A DNA stretch of 63,219 nucleotides, filler included, from Globobulimina sp. (GCA_003354225.1; 32 parts of 32 records of this genome joined end to end with filler, not necessarily neighbours in it), one strand, 5' to 3'. Counted from the first letter of the whole stretch, positions 1 through 11,880 are shown. Program-made: numbers and translations. Notes: generated by a model from the letters alone, not told the origin.

Positions 1-160
1 TGTCTAGGCAAGGTAAGGGATAAGAATTGAAAACACCTATTTTTTTTTGAATAACCAAGCTCTCATAAATGGCATTAAATGATAGGCAGAGAGAGAGTCT
101 AAGCCCTGTCAACTTACAGGGATTGAATGAGGTGAGATACTAAGGAAGCTACTTAATATG

Positions 161-279
161 CAGGCCATACGCCGACCAATTGTCATCGATGACAAAAGGT
201 CAGCGCCAACCAATTGTCATCGAGAACAAAAGGTCATCGGAGACAAATTGCCATCGATGACAAATTGTCATTGACGATT
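161..279. repeat. Tandem 17-bp repeat (~7 degenerate copies) with palindromic core TGTCATCGATGACA
   Basis: Units: 178-194 AATTGTCATCGATGACA, 195-211 AAAGGTCAGCGCCAACC, 212-228 AATTGTCATCGAGAACA, 229-245 AAAGGTCATCGGAGACA, 246-262 AATTGCCATCGATGACA, 263-279 AATTGTCATTGACGATT, plus a weak unit at 161-177. Confidence 0.9.
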
Positions 280-334
280 TCTAGAACCCAAATAAATAAA
301 GCAGACACTTGGTTTCCAAATCATTTCACAGAAA

Positions 335-1880
335 ATGAAGCAAAGCGAGAGGTCAGAAAAACGTAAAGTGTCTCATGTTTGTGATATTTGTCAAGAGAAG
401 TTTTCGCATCCTTCTCAAGTAAAGTCACATATAGTTAGGACTCATAATGCAATCTATAAAAAGAATCGAAAAATAGACCGAGTCATTTCACAAGTAATTT
501 CACGTCATCGAACTGAAAATAAGAACAACTCAAAGGAAAGGACTTGCAAACTGTGTCATGCTAAATTTGATAAGCTGTCATCCTTGCAGCTTCATATCAA
601 TAGGTCACACAGGCAAGGACAGTTAAATGCAAACACTCAATGTATTGTCTGCAGTAAAAAATATGCTCGTCCATGGACACTCACCAGACACATGAAAAAA
701 GAACACCCACAAGTTCCTCTTCCATGGAAAAGAGTACAGGAGAATAAAAAATCGAAACCATTTATGCGTCGCGATCCAAGGAATATTAGATATGTGACCG
801 ATACTGATTTGCCCACTGACAACCCATTATGTCCCAGTGCAATTGTTTTGACTGAATATGGATACCCTCCCGGCTCTTTACCTGAAGTTGCGGAACACTG
901 GGATATGATTAGAAGCAAGCAAAGAAGAGGGAAAATCCTTGGTGTTTATAACAAGAGACTTAGCAATGTCCGCTTAGACTCCAGTGAAATGCGTGACTTC
1001 ATTATGCAAGTGCACAAATTACAAAGTCAGCAATACAAACTGCAGGTCATATATTTTCAAAATACTCAGTGCTTTGATAATAAATATTGTGATTTATTTC
1101 AGATAGGATGGGGAAGTTTGCTGTATTCCCAGGTTGACAATGCCTTTCGTTATTTTTGGTCGGATAATTCAACAAAAAGGTAAAGTTATGATGATAAACC
1201 AATGTCGATGTTGACCATAAGTGAATTACAGGTTTTTCGGCAAACCAGTATTAATATCAGGCCAACAGGATGCCTTAAACCAATGTGAAAAAATGCAGTC
1301 AGATGATTGGGTGAATCATATAACTCTGTCAAGGTAACTATATATATTTGCATACAGTGTGGTTTCATCTGTATTTACACTATATTTATTTTTGACCTGA
1401 CACAAAGTGGAAACTTATCATGGTCACAAATATCACGGTCATGGTATATTCACTTGGTAAGACAATTCCGCTTATGGGATGCGCTGGCATCGTCTTACCT
1501 AAATATATAATGAATAATAAATCAGTGGTGACATTGGGAAAATCAACCAAAGGAAAAGAGTTTGGGGATAATCTGTGTTTCTTCCGAGCCCTCAGTTATG
1601 TTCAGTCTGGCATGAAAGTCGACTGTATTCAGTCTAATGCGAAAAAATTGGCTGAATGTTACAGAAAGTTTGCCGATCTACCATTAAACTGGGATGGAAG
1701 CGTGGAGATGGACGAAATGCTGAAGCTTGAACAATGTTTCAAGATCAGGATAAACATATTCCAATTGACAGTTTCGGGAGATCAATCAGATGTCGATAAA
1801 ACTCCTCTGAAAGAAATGATTGCTGAAACCGTGCGAATCAGTCCAAGAACCAAAAAAGAAGCGCCAAATGGTACAATCAA
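335..1880 (+). mobile_element. C2H2 zinc-finger protein continuing into a Polinton/Maverick-like polymerase N-terminal region; 3 introns; 3'-truncated
   Basis: Three C2H2 fingers. Removing introns 1046-1102, 1180-1231 and 1334-1394 gives one frame: YKLQIGWGSLLY...FRYFWSDNSTKRFFGKPVLI...ITLSRPDTKWKLIMVTNIT...LPKYIMNNKSVVTL...DNLCFFRALS...LEQCFKIRINIFQL. I recall this motif order from the region preceding pPolB in Polinton-like elements. Confidence 0.6.
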
Positions 1881-1980
1881 NNNNNNNNNNNNNNNNNNNN
1901 NNNNNNNNNNNNNNNNNNNNNNNNTTAATTAATTAANNNNNNNNNNNNNNNNNNNNNNNNNNNNNNNNNNNNNNNNNNNN
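1881..1980. other. Artificial contig spacer (first of 31 identical spacers)
   Basis: N44-TTAATTAATTAA-N44 recurs every ~1980 nt, gives stops in all frames, and separates contigs that shrink steadily from 1880 to 1877 bp. Confidence 0.99.
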
Positions 1981-2087
1981 TTTTTGTTACTTTCTTTTTT
2001 TTCTTTGTTACTTTCTTCTTTTTCTTGGTTACTTTCTTTTTCTTTTTGGTGACCTTTTTCTTTTTCTTTGTTACTTTCTTTTTCTTT
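1981..2087 (-). repeat. 21-nt coding tandem repeat encoding KKKKKVT, at least 5 copies
   Basis: Near-identical peptide units with synonymous codon variation, running into the contig end. Confidence 0.9.
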
Positions 2088-2350
2088 GGTTTTGGTGGAT
2101 TGGTCACTGATTTTGCATTGTCGCCAAATTTAAATCTCTGCGCAGTGGCACCTTGTTTAAGTACACCAGCTTCGATTCCTTTCTTCAATGCTCTGCGTAA
2201 TGCGGCATTAAAATGAGCACCAGCGGTCTTTTCAAAATTATTAATAATATGATTTGCGATGGCTGTCCTTGAGGCGCCGCCATGATATTGTTTGATGGCA
2301 CCGATTGCTTTACAAATCATAAAAATAAATTTTGGTTTTGGGGCAGACAT
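1981..2350 (-). CDS. H1: Linker histone H1 with winged-helix domain, 3'-truncated
   Basis: H15-like GGASRTAIANHI...ALRRALKKGIEAGVLKQG...RFKF followed by a Lys-rich tail. Confidence 0.85.
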
Positions 2351-3231
2351 AATTAATTTATAATATATATAATTAAAAAATTGAGATTGAGAATAATTGA
2401 ATTGATTTTATTTTTGATTGATTTTTGATTGGTTGTTTTTTGTGTTTGTGTTGGTGTTGTGAGGATTTGATATGATGGTATTAATTTTTTTTATTTTTTA
2501 TAATTTCGGACTTTTTAACACAAATCTATTGGCAGCACCGTGTTTTATTACAAAAAATCTCATTCTCTCTGTTCCTGAGTGCAAACAATAAAAAATAATG
2601 CTTCAATATGAAAAATACAAAAATTAGCTTGCCAGAATCATATACATCAATTTCAAATTGCACACATAAATCATCATAAAATCACCATTTCCATGCTTTA
2701 TAATATTATCCTTTATCTCATCTATAATCCTTTATAACTGCTCCTTTATATCTAAGGATATCGATCGATTTATCATTAATTCATTGATTGAATAATAAGA
2801 AGTCGCAGCTTTTGCTTTATGTGCATAGATTTTGTAATGGAAGATGTGCATAGTTGCAATTGGATAATCCGACAGTATGTTGTTGCAGTTTTTCTTCTGC
2901 TTTTGATGCTAAATACGATGGGATGCGATCATCAATGGCGGTGCGGTTTGCCTGTGTCCTGTCCATTGACACAATAATCTCAATGAGTCGCTTTTTCTTT
3001 GCAAATGAATATAAGATTTCCAATCTTCTCAAACATTTGACACCAAAAAACGACATTTGATGCTTAATTCTAGCTAGCTAGCTCTGCTCCGAAAAATGTT
3101 CACTCAATTAACAAAATTCATTTGTTTATTCCCATAATTTATGACGGGCATAAACCAGATGTTTATATATCGCATTAATTAAAATGGTAGATTCATATAA
3201 CAAAACAAAACAAAACCGTCAAAGTCAAAAA

Positions 3232-3304
3232 GGGGTACTGGCGCAATCGGAAGCGCGTAACGTTCGCAACGTTAAGGCACCGGGATCGAAACCCGGGTAC
3301 TCCA
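3232..3304 (+). tRNA. trnA: tRNA-Ala(CGC)
   Basis: Acceptor stem GGGGTAC/GTACTCC with G3:U70, D stem GCGC/GCGC, anticodon arm TAACG-TTCGCAA-CGTTA, T arm CCGGG-ATCGAAA-CCCGG, discriminator A. Confidence 0.95.
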
Positions 3305-4424
3305 TATATTTATTATATTAATTCTCATCTAAGTATACTTTTCTTTTTTTTGTTTTGTTTCGTGTGCGGTTTGCATTGGATTTATATTTAATATTACATA
3401 CAAATAATAAAAATGCATAATATAACAGCGATTTCTGTAATCATCTTTTTAGTAAATGTTGACATCATTTGCAATTGAGTCAAACATGAATGTTTTCAGA
3501 CTTTTTTTGGAAATGTCATGCAAAGAGTAAGAAGAAAATAATGTTTGATATCATATCGTTTTTATGCAAATATCAAACATGAATGCATCCAAGTGATACC
3601 TAATCAAAAAAGAACGCAGTATTTATAATAATTATGTACGTTTATTTAATTATAAAATGAAAAGCAATGTACTTAATAATTATTAACGTTTGGTGGTGTT
3701 GAAAAACACCTGGTAAAAAATAAAAAATAAATAAGTAATATGATATAAATTTAGTTTTAGTTTTAGTTGAAGCCATAGATGGTTCTTCCTTGTCTTTTTA
3801 ATGCATACACAACATCCAAAGCAGTGACAGTTTTTCTTTTCGAATATTCGGTGTAAGTCANNNNNNNNNNNNNNNNNNNNNNNNNNNNNNNNNNNNNNNN
3901 NNNNTTAATTAATTAANNNNNNNNNNNNNNNNNNNNNNNNNNNNNNNNNNNNNNNNNNNNTTACTATTAACCAGCATGCCACGCTATTCTATATCGACAT
4001 TATCGCCGATAAAATGTGCATTGTTGCATATCGCACCACAACTTATATTCACCCCTTTAGCTCCACCATAATAAAATATTCCCTTCCAACGCATACATGG
4101 GATTATTCGTATCACATTCACGTGCACCATATCAAAATACAAATATTGTGCTTTTTGCTATGGATTTTGCTTTCATACGTTTGAATTGGCATTGTAATAA
4201 ATGATATCGATATATTGTGGTCGTTTCTGGAGGATTGTTGTTTGGCGTGTCTGAATACCATTGTATACATTATTGATTTCAATGCTTCAATCTTGACAAA
4301 TCTCGCGAAAATGGGTGGGATTAGTTTCAATATGATACGAGAACTGGTTTATGGCGTTGGTTTGAGATTGATTGTGTGACATCTAGAAATAATTGAAGTT
4401 CCGAACATTTCCAAAACTTCACAA

Positions 4425-5739
4425 GTGTGGCAGACAAAGAGAAATAAATGCTATTATGTAGGAAGTAATTTTTACGGCCAAATAGGAAACGGTATTGGCA
4501 CAGATTTCAGTTTTTATATCAAAAATAGCATCACCAGAAAAGATGAGTTGACAGAAATAACCACTTTGCCGGATGAAGAAATCATTGATATCCGACAATG
4601 TTTATTATTTACTGTCAAACAATGAATGTTTTGTTGCTGGGAATAATGACAAACAACAGTTATTAACAACAAATGAAACAATGAAGAAAGTTTGTTTTGT
4701 GTGGAGTGATAAATTATTTGTTCCCTGGGATGTATGCTATTTAATACTATTATATGTACAAACAAACGAGTTTATAAAATGCGTTGCTATATTATCGCCA
4801 ATCTGTATTCACAACGCCGCCAAATCAATATCAAACGGAGTTGTATCCGATCATCGATTTTTAATAAATCAACGCAATCACGAACTATATGGTGTTGGTA
4901 GTAACCATTCAAACCAATTTAATATCGGTAATATAGACTCAAATGATATCGAAATGGATATAAATACACTTAATTTCGTGCAAATTGACTATTTTAAAGA
5001 ACATAATATCGAATTGAAACAAATTCATTGTTCAATGGGATATTCCATGTTTCTAACCATTGGCGGACAGTTATACGTTTGCGGAACATCGACCGGTGGC
5101 GGTTTAGGCCTTGGCAAAAGATTTAAAACTTTTACCAAATCGAAAGGAATTAAATTAATATCTTTTTTCAACTCAAGTATACAAATAAAGGATGTTTGTT
5201 GCGGATGTGATCATACTTTGGCTTTGACGCAACACTGCAAATTATACGCATGGGGATGGAACGGATATGGACAGCTTGGCTTAAATCATTCAAATGATAT
5301 TTATACGCCTCAATTAATAATCACGTTGCAAAAGAAAGATATTGTTATGATTTCAAGCGGATATCAACATAATTTAGTATTGGATGCACAAGGTAATATT
5401 TATTGTTTTGGTGACAATTATTATTATCAGTGCGGAATTGAAGGTTCAAGTATTTGTATACCAACGGAGATAAATACATTGAATCGGGACAAAGAGGTAA
5501 ATATAACAGATATAAAATGCGGCGCTTTCCATAATGTTATTTGTTCACGTTTTAAAGAGTCGAATAATTATTATTTATGGGGTGATAATAAGTATCATCA
5601 ATGCTTAGTTTTTGAGGATGATGGAACATCGGCCATGATTGAGAGACCTACAAAATATGAATATGTTGCTATAAATTATCGGATTGTCACTATATATCCG
5701 GGCAATTCCGAGACAAGAATAGTAACACAACGTTTTTGA
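4425..5739 (+). CDS. RCC1-repeat beta-propeller protein, frameshift near 4590 (possible pseudogene)
   Basis: GSNFYGQIG, CCGCDHTLAL..LYAWGWNGYGQLG, SSGYQHNLVL..IYCFGDNYYYQCG. The first repeat is in another frame, there is no ATG (GTG at 4425), and an in-frame intron is likely at ~4690-4770. Confidence 0.8.
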
Positions 5740-6043
5740 ATAGTAAGCATTGTTTGTACTTGTTTGTGTGCAGATTTTAATGATTGTCAAACGGAATCAA
5801 TACTAGTGAACAAAAAAACAAACAACAAAACAATAATAATNNNNNNNNNNNNNNNNNNNNNNNNNNNNNNNNNNNNNNNNNNNNTTAATTAATTAANNNN
5901 NNNNNNNNNNNNNNNNNNNNNNNNNNNNNNNNNNNNNNNNGTATTCATGTTATTTTACAAGATAAGCACGTACCAGACGGTGCTCGGCAGACCTAAAACG
6001 CTTGTTTTTTGCATTGAGGAATGTGTCCTTTTCACACAATACA

Positions 6044-6212
6044 GCATATTCCACAATATTCCCATTATTCCAATTATTCCACAATATTCCACTTTATTCC
6101 ACAATATTCCAGTATAAGCCATATACATATATACTATTTAGTGACTATTTCAATACAAAAACGGAAAATGGTAACTATTTAGGCAACTATTTAGCTTTAG
6201 CGACTATTTAAC
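6044..6212. repeat. Short degenerate repeats (TATTCCACAA)n and (RACTATTTAG)n
   Basis: About six TATTCC units at 6046-6110 and about five ACTATTT units at 6133-6209. Confidence 0.7.
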
Positions 6213-6300
6213 TTGTGTAGGCTCCCAAAAGTTGAAATCCGAACACCACAATCAAATTTTGGCCACCAGAAAACTTTCGAGCTGTTTTATACTTGAAACC

Positions 6301-7194
6301 ATGCACCAAGCGTTAAGTGGTGTCGGGGGAAGTGGTCAGTTATGGGGTGGAGCAGGCCCTACACTGGACATCAGCGAAGCAGATAAACTATTATGCACAG
6401 GATGTCGTACAGGGGAGACAGAGTCTGTTCGTAAAGCATTGAAAGATGGCGCCAACCCATCAGTCCAATTTCGATTAGCTTTAGGCGAAATTACGCCTAT
6501 TTTTTTATGTGCGTCGAAAGGCTATTCAGAGATCGCCAGCCTATTAATCCAAAATAACGCAGAAATAATCAACGATAGAATGGGCTTTGATGGCACCACA
6601 TGTTTACATCACGCTGCCTCCAATAACCAGCCCGAAATGTGCGAATTGTTGATAAAAAGCGGTTGTTCTGTCAATCAAAAGGACAAATTAGGTCTATAAC
6701 ATATTCCTATTCCTATTATCCTATGCCATACACATACATAATCACACACATTGCCTACGAATATAGGTCGTACCGCATTGATGGATGCGGCAGAAATCGG
6801 TGGCGTAGAGGTTATACATGTTTTAGTTAAAAACAACGCAGATTTAAACATCGAAGACAAAGAGCATCATTCGGCAGTGTCATATTGTTTGGATTTCATC
6901 AGCCGCGATGAGCCCAAATTCTTCGAATCCTCATTAACATTAATTAACAAAGGAGCAAATCCGAATTATGCAGGAAAGTTTACAAATAGGACCTTGTTGC
7001 ATTATGTGGCAGCGCAGGGAAACTTGGATTTGGTGAAGCAATTAATTGAGGACAGACAAGCGTATATAAAGCCGATTGATGATGAAAACAAAACGCCATT
7101 AGATTATGCCATGGATAATGAGGAAAGCGAAGTGATTTCGTATTTGGAACAAGCCATACCTGGTAATGATGGATGTGGATGTGTTGTTTTATGA
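6301..7194 (+). CDS. Ankyrin-repeat protein with C-terminal CaaX (GCGCVVL)
   Basis: TPIFLCASKG, TCLHHAASNN, RTALMDAAEIG, TLLHYVAAQG, TPLDYA; intron 6692-6766 (GT..AG) joins the two ORFs in frame. Confidence 0.9.
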
Positions 7195-8012
7195 GCTTGC
7201 TACACATTGACATCACATGCAATTAATGTTCAATTGTATTCTATTTTGAATTTTGTGAGTGCTGTTTTCTTGCGTTTTTAATTTTGGTCTTTTAATTTTT
7301 TTTGGTGTTTAAATTCAATGTTATATATCCAGAGTATATAATATTCAAAGACAAAGAAGAAACGTATATTTATATCTTTTGTGTTTGTAAATATGACCGT
7401 GTGCGAGGATAATGGAGACAAAATATACGTATTGGTAACTCTGTAACATATCGAGAATTATTTAAGATATCGAGACTTATCTGTTTTTTGGCGAATCGAC
7501 GTACTCGTTCATACATTTTAATTCAGAGTGTAGCTAACTGTATACTTATATTTTCTATAAAAACATATTAATAATGTTAAAAATATTTTTTAACGCATGA
7601 TGAAGCTTAAAGAAAGCATCTTATTGAAGAAGATTTGTGTCAAATCCCAATCACAGAAACGGTCCAAATATCTGACCATTAAAAAAATAAAGATCTATAT
7701 TCTATAATATTAATTATTTGACAACAAAACATTATTATAATTATTTAGCAGTATCTTGAATATTCGGAGCAAGAATGGCCTGAATAGCTCCTTCAATTTG
7801 TGAATATTGCTGATTCTGAANNNNNNNNNNNNNNNNNNNNNNNNNNNNNNNNNNNNNNNNNNNNTTAATTAATTAANNNNNNNNNNNNNNNNNNNNNNNN
7901 NNNNNNNNNNNNNNNNNNNNATTTTTCGTTTTTTGTAATGTCCACGTTTAGCTGACTAGTTCACTTCAAGAAAACTTCATTCATTCTTTTTTTTTTGGCA
8001 TGTTCTCAGATC

Positions 8013-9152
8013 ATGACTGAAACAAACAGTATTTTAGAAATTGATGTTCTGGTTTCATTCAAGAATCTACCACAGCATAGATTTTGGATATTAATTCCAA
8101 GCCATAGGGTTCCCACTTATTCTCATTCGCCATATTTATTTATGTCATCATTATTGAATCCATATCCATCAAAATATATCTCTAAACTTAACACTATCAC
8201 TAAAATAGAAACATGTCAGTATATCGACAATGATAAAGATGGAATTAAATGGTTATTACAAAAAAAAGGTAAAATTTATTTTAAATCTAATTGGAAAAAA
8301 TGGAAAAATAACTTTATGAAAACAATTCGTACCAAATCTAAAATGTCGTTAAATACCTTTCATTTATATCATTTTCATAAAATATGTTCAGATATTTTTA
8401 TTCGACCATGTACAAAATGCGGTGATTGTAAACACTTAGCACTGTGCTGGAATTTTTATAAACGGAAAAAGAGAAATTATATATTCATGAAACATGCAGA
8501 AACATTAAGCGTTTGCGTTGATACCCAACAAAAAGGCATTACATTATATATTGAAACAATAGAAAAAGCATTGAATGATGCAATGCCAATCACCTCTGAG
8601 TGGATATTATGTTTAGTTGAGTTTGTAGCTGATGACTATGTGCGATGTTTATTGTTGTTGATATTACTGAAACAATCGGAACTTATTAGTATTAAATCTG
8701 TGAATTTATGGTGCGAGATTACGGATTTATTCATGGAGGTAGAATTATGGAAATTTGCATGGAAATATTTTAAAAAATACTTGGAACCGGAACAAATTAC
8801 AGGTAATGGTAAAAATACAATTTGCGATGCTTTGAAAGAATTACAGTGTTGTTATTGTCACAAAAACAACGGACTTTCATTAAAAGCATGCTCAGGTTGC
8901 GGCGTTGCATATTACTGCAATAAAATATGTCAGAAAAAGGATTGGAATATGAAGCATAGGGATTGTTGTGGTGATACTGGTAAATCGATTACCGACATAA
9001 ATATTCCATTCCGCGTCTTTTATTCTGCGGTTAAATTTATTGAGAAAAATGAAATATTTGATGAGAACGGATTATTAAACACAGAAATTGTTAAATTAGT
9101 TCGCTATGTAATGAGATTCTTAGTAGATGGTTCAGACCGGTTGGATCAGTAA
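8013..9152 (+). CDS. MYND zinc-finger protein
   Basis: CCYC..LKACSGCGVAYYCNKICQKKDWNMKHRDCC. Confidence 0.85.
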   Translation: MTETNSILEIDVLVSFKNLPQHRFWILIPSHRVPTYSHSPYLFMSSLLNPYPSKYISKLNTITKIETCQYIDNDKDGIKWLLQKKGKIYFKSNWKKWKNNFMKTIRTKSKMSLNTFHLYHFHKICSDIFIRPCTKCGDCKHLALCWNFYKRKKRNYIFMKHAETLSVCVDTQQKGITLYIETIEKALNDAMPITSEWILCLVEFVADDYVRCLLLLILLKQSELISIKSVNLWCEITDLFMEVELWKFAWKYFKKYLEPEQITGNGKNTICDALKELQCCYCHKNNGLSLKACSGCGVAYYCNKICQKKDWNMKHRDCCGDTGKSITDINIPFRVFYSAVKFIEKNEIFDENGLLNTEIVKLVRYVMRFLVDGSDRLDQ

Positions 9153-9457
9153 TTTTTGATTAAACTTGAATATTTAACAAACAAAACAATTCTCGCACCA
9201 TACCCTTGCTCAATGAACAACGTTTAACAAATATAAATCCGAGCACAGCCGGTGTGATCCAAGTGGATCTGGTAAGGAAATATATTTCTGAAAAAAAAAA
9301 GAAAAGAGGTTCGACTCTGAAAAATTAATTGTTAACTTTTGTTATCGATGATGGAGTATTTGACGCAGTCATGCCGTCGTGAAACAATTCAATGGGTTAT
9401 ATTAATAACCCAAAAAAAAATAGAAATAAAAACAAAAGGCCACAGGAATAATAACAA

Positions 9458-9550
9458 TTTGACATAGTCCACAAGAATAATACTAGTATTCTTGTAGTCC
9501 ATATTCCATAACAGGTTTATAAATCTGTTTAATATATGGACTACGTCAAA
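9458..9550. repeat. Small inverted-repeat element (MITE-like)
   Basis: TTTGACATAGTCCA (9458-9471) vs TGGACTACGTCAAA (9537-9550), 13/14 complementary; internal hairpins at 9471-9495 and 9510-9529. Confidence 0.55.
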
Positions 9551-9900
9551 AATACACAGCCAACACTTTTAAAACAAATAGAGAGCAACAAAAGAATGAA
9601 AAACAAAATAAATTCAAAAAATCACATTAATTAAAATTAAAAAATAGACGAATATTAAAACAATGATACATTAATTAACAAACAAAAAAAAACAAATAGT
9701 TCTGACTTTTTTTTTAGGGGAAATTATAAATTAAGGATTCAGAATTCACCAAAAACAAAATGTACTGTACATTATCAATTCAATTAAAAACAATCTCGTT
9801 NNNNNNNNNNNNNNNNNNNNNNNNNNNNNNNNNNNNNNNNNNNNTTAATTAATTAANNNNNNNNNNNNNNNNNNNNNNNNNNNNNNNNNNNNNNNNNNNN

Positions 9901-10212
9901 TTGAAGGTTTGGCCATTGTTCTAGCAATAAGTCATAATTATTGTTGGCGATCTCTTGCCAATAAAGGTCCGGATACGGAGATAAATTATCCAATGTGAGT
10001 CCAGTTGATAATTTGGGAAAGAATTCGACATTTAAACCAATTTTTTCTTTTAAATATAAATAACCAACATATTGTAACGCCCATTGTGAGTACCAATGTC
10101 CTTGAATAAAGCGGATTGTTTGTAAGTGGTCGATGGTGTTGTTACTATTGTAAAATAGTAACGCTTTTCGTTGTGATTCTGGCCAGCAATGAAATTCTTC
10201 ACTCATTGCCAT
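9901..10212 (-). CDS. N-terminus of a protein with a ProX/OpuAC-like solute-binding domain, truncated
   Basis: TIRFIQGHWYSQWALQYVGYLYLKEKIGLNVEF...WQEIANNNYDLLLEQWP follows the W.s...ile.lG..V...D...E.W pattern of glycine-betaine binding proteins. Confidence 0.5.
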
Positions 10213-10297
10213 TGCATCATTTGTCGTCAGTTTAAAGTTTTTAAAATAAAAAAAAGAATTATGCTGAAGTAGCTGAAGTATTATTTATTATTTTGAA

Positions 10298-11780
10298 ATG
10301 AGCAGTGACCATCCCGAAGGACTTGACGTTACGTTACTATTTTGAGCAATTAGTATAAAAAAATTAATGTACATTCATGAATTTAGGAAAGTGTCTTAGT
10401 TGGCGATGGAGGAAGAAGTTGGTTTAAAACACAGCAAAGAATCCAACACGAAGGCGATCAAAATAGAAATAAACGCAATCGCAATGAAAACGACACAACA
10501 AAATTATTGAACAGACTGCAAAGGAAAAGGTTGAAAAGGCAAAAAAAAAAGAAACGAAAACAAAATTACAATGCAAATAATTCAATACAGAATGATTCAA
10601 ATAATACAGATGATTCAGCACAAAATCGGGCTAATTTCTTGTATGGAAATAAAAATAAAACAGAAGAATCTGATCATCCTTACACCGCAATGACCACATT
10701 CAAGAACACAAACAATAATAAAACCCGACATAATACAAATAAAAGGACCGGGGTTGGATTTAAAACGTATATAAAATCATCAAATCAGGAGGAATTAAAC
10801 AAAACATCTGCTCAAATGTTGAAAGCTAAATTATTGGGAAATACTGAGGAATATAATACATTGCAATCAAAATTAACTGCTTTAAGACAACAATCATTTA
10901 TCATCGAACATAGATATTTAGGATCAATGCCCAAGAATAAGAAGCAAAAGAATGAGAATACGAACACGAATAATAATGAGTTGGTTGATGAGAAGGGTAA
11001 AAAAATAGAATTGATAATGGACAGTAAAATAAGTAAGCAATTGCATGGATTGGATGATGCACTGAAGGAAGATGATGACATTGACACTTTGTTAAGAAAA
11101 GAACGCAGTAAAACCTCAATGGATTATGATAAATCAATGTTTGACAATAAAAATCTACAAAAAATAATGAATTTAGACACAGATGAACAGTTTGATTCGA
11201 TTTGCAATGATAATACCAATAATTGCAATAATCCACGCAAACGAAAACGGGACATTGCAAAGGAAGAAAATAAGAAATCATTGAAAAGAGCACGGTTAAT
11301 ATCACAACATAAACATCAAACCGATTGGTTAAATAATTGTAAATTTTGTATTGAAAATGAAGAGATCCATAATGATAATATGTCGCATTTAGTTATTTAT
11401 TATGGCAAATATATGTATTTAGCCGTACCGAAACAGGAATGTTTAGTGTCATATCAATGTATAATTGTTCCAAATGTGCATTTAAAGAGTTATCGGCAAG
11501 GAATATTAAACGATGATAACATTGGCGCCTCAAAGGATGAACAATTAGAATTTGAAAAGGAATTATATCATATTCAGAAAATGTTATGTAAGATATTCAA
11601 AAAAAAATGTGAATGCGGCGCTGTGTTCATTGAAACTGTGCGGAATCTAAAAAAAAAATATCATTCAGTAATACATTGTTATCCAATTGAGTTTGAAGAA
11701 TATAATGTTTGTCCGGTTTATTTTAAAAAATCAATATTGGAATCTGATGTTATGTGGAGTACAAATAAAAAATTAATAGC
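10298..11780 (+). CDS. CWF19L2: CWF19-like protein 2, 5' part
   Basis: ATG 10298, intron 10328-10386, VGDGGRSW motif, AQMLKAKLLGN, CwfJ_C_1 (CKFC...MYLAVP...CIIVPNVH...VFIET...HSVIHCYP..FKKSILESD.MWSTNKKLI). Confidence 0.9.
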
Positions 11781-11880
11781 NNNNNNNNNNNNNNNNNNNN
11801 NNNNNNNNNNNNNNNNNNNNNNNNTTAATTAATTAANNNNNNNNNNNNNNNNNNNNNNNNNNNNNNNNNNNNNNNNNNNN

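Noticed and set aside
161-279. CRISPR array
   Set aside because: Units abut with no unique spacers; eukaryotic context; no cas genes
2620-3060. Short ORFs between H1 and the tRNA
   Set aside because: Stop-interrupted, with no recognisable family
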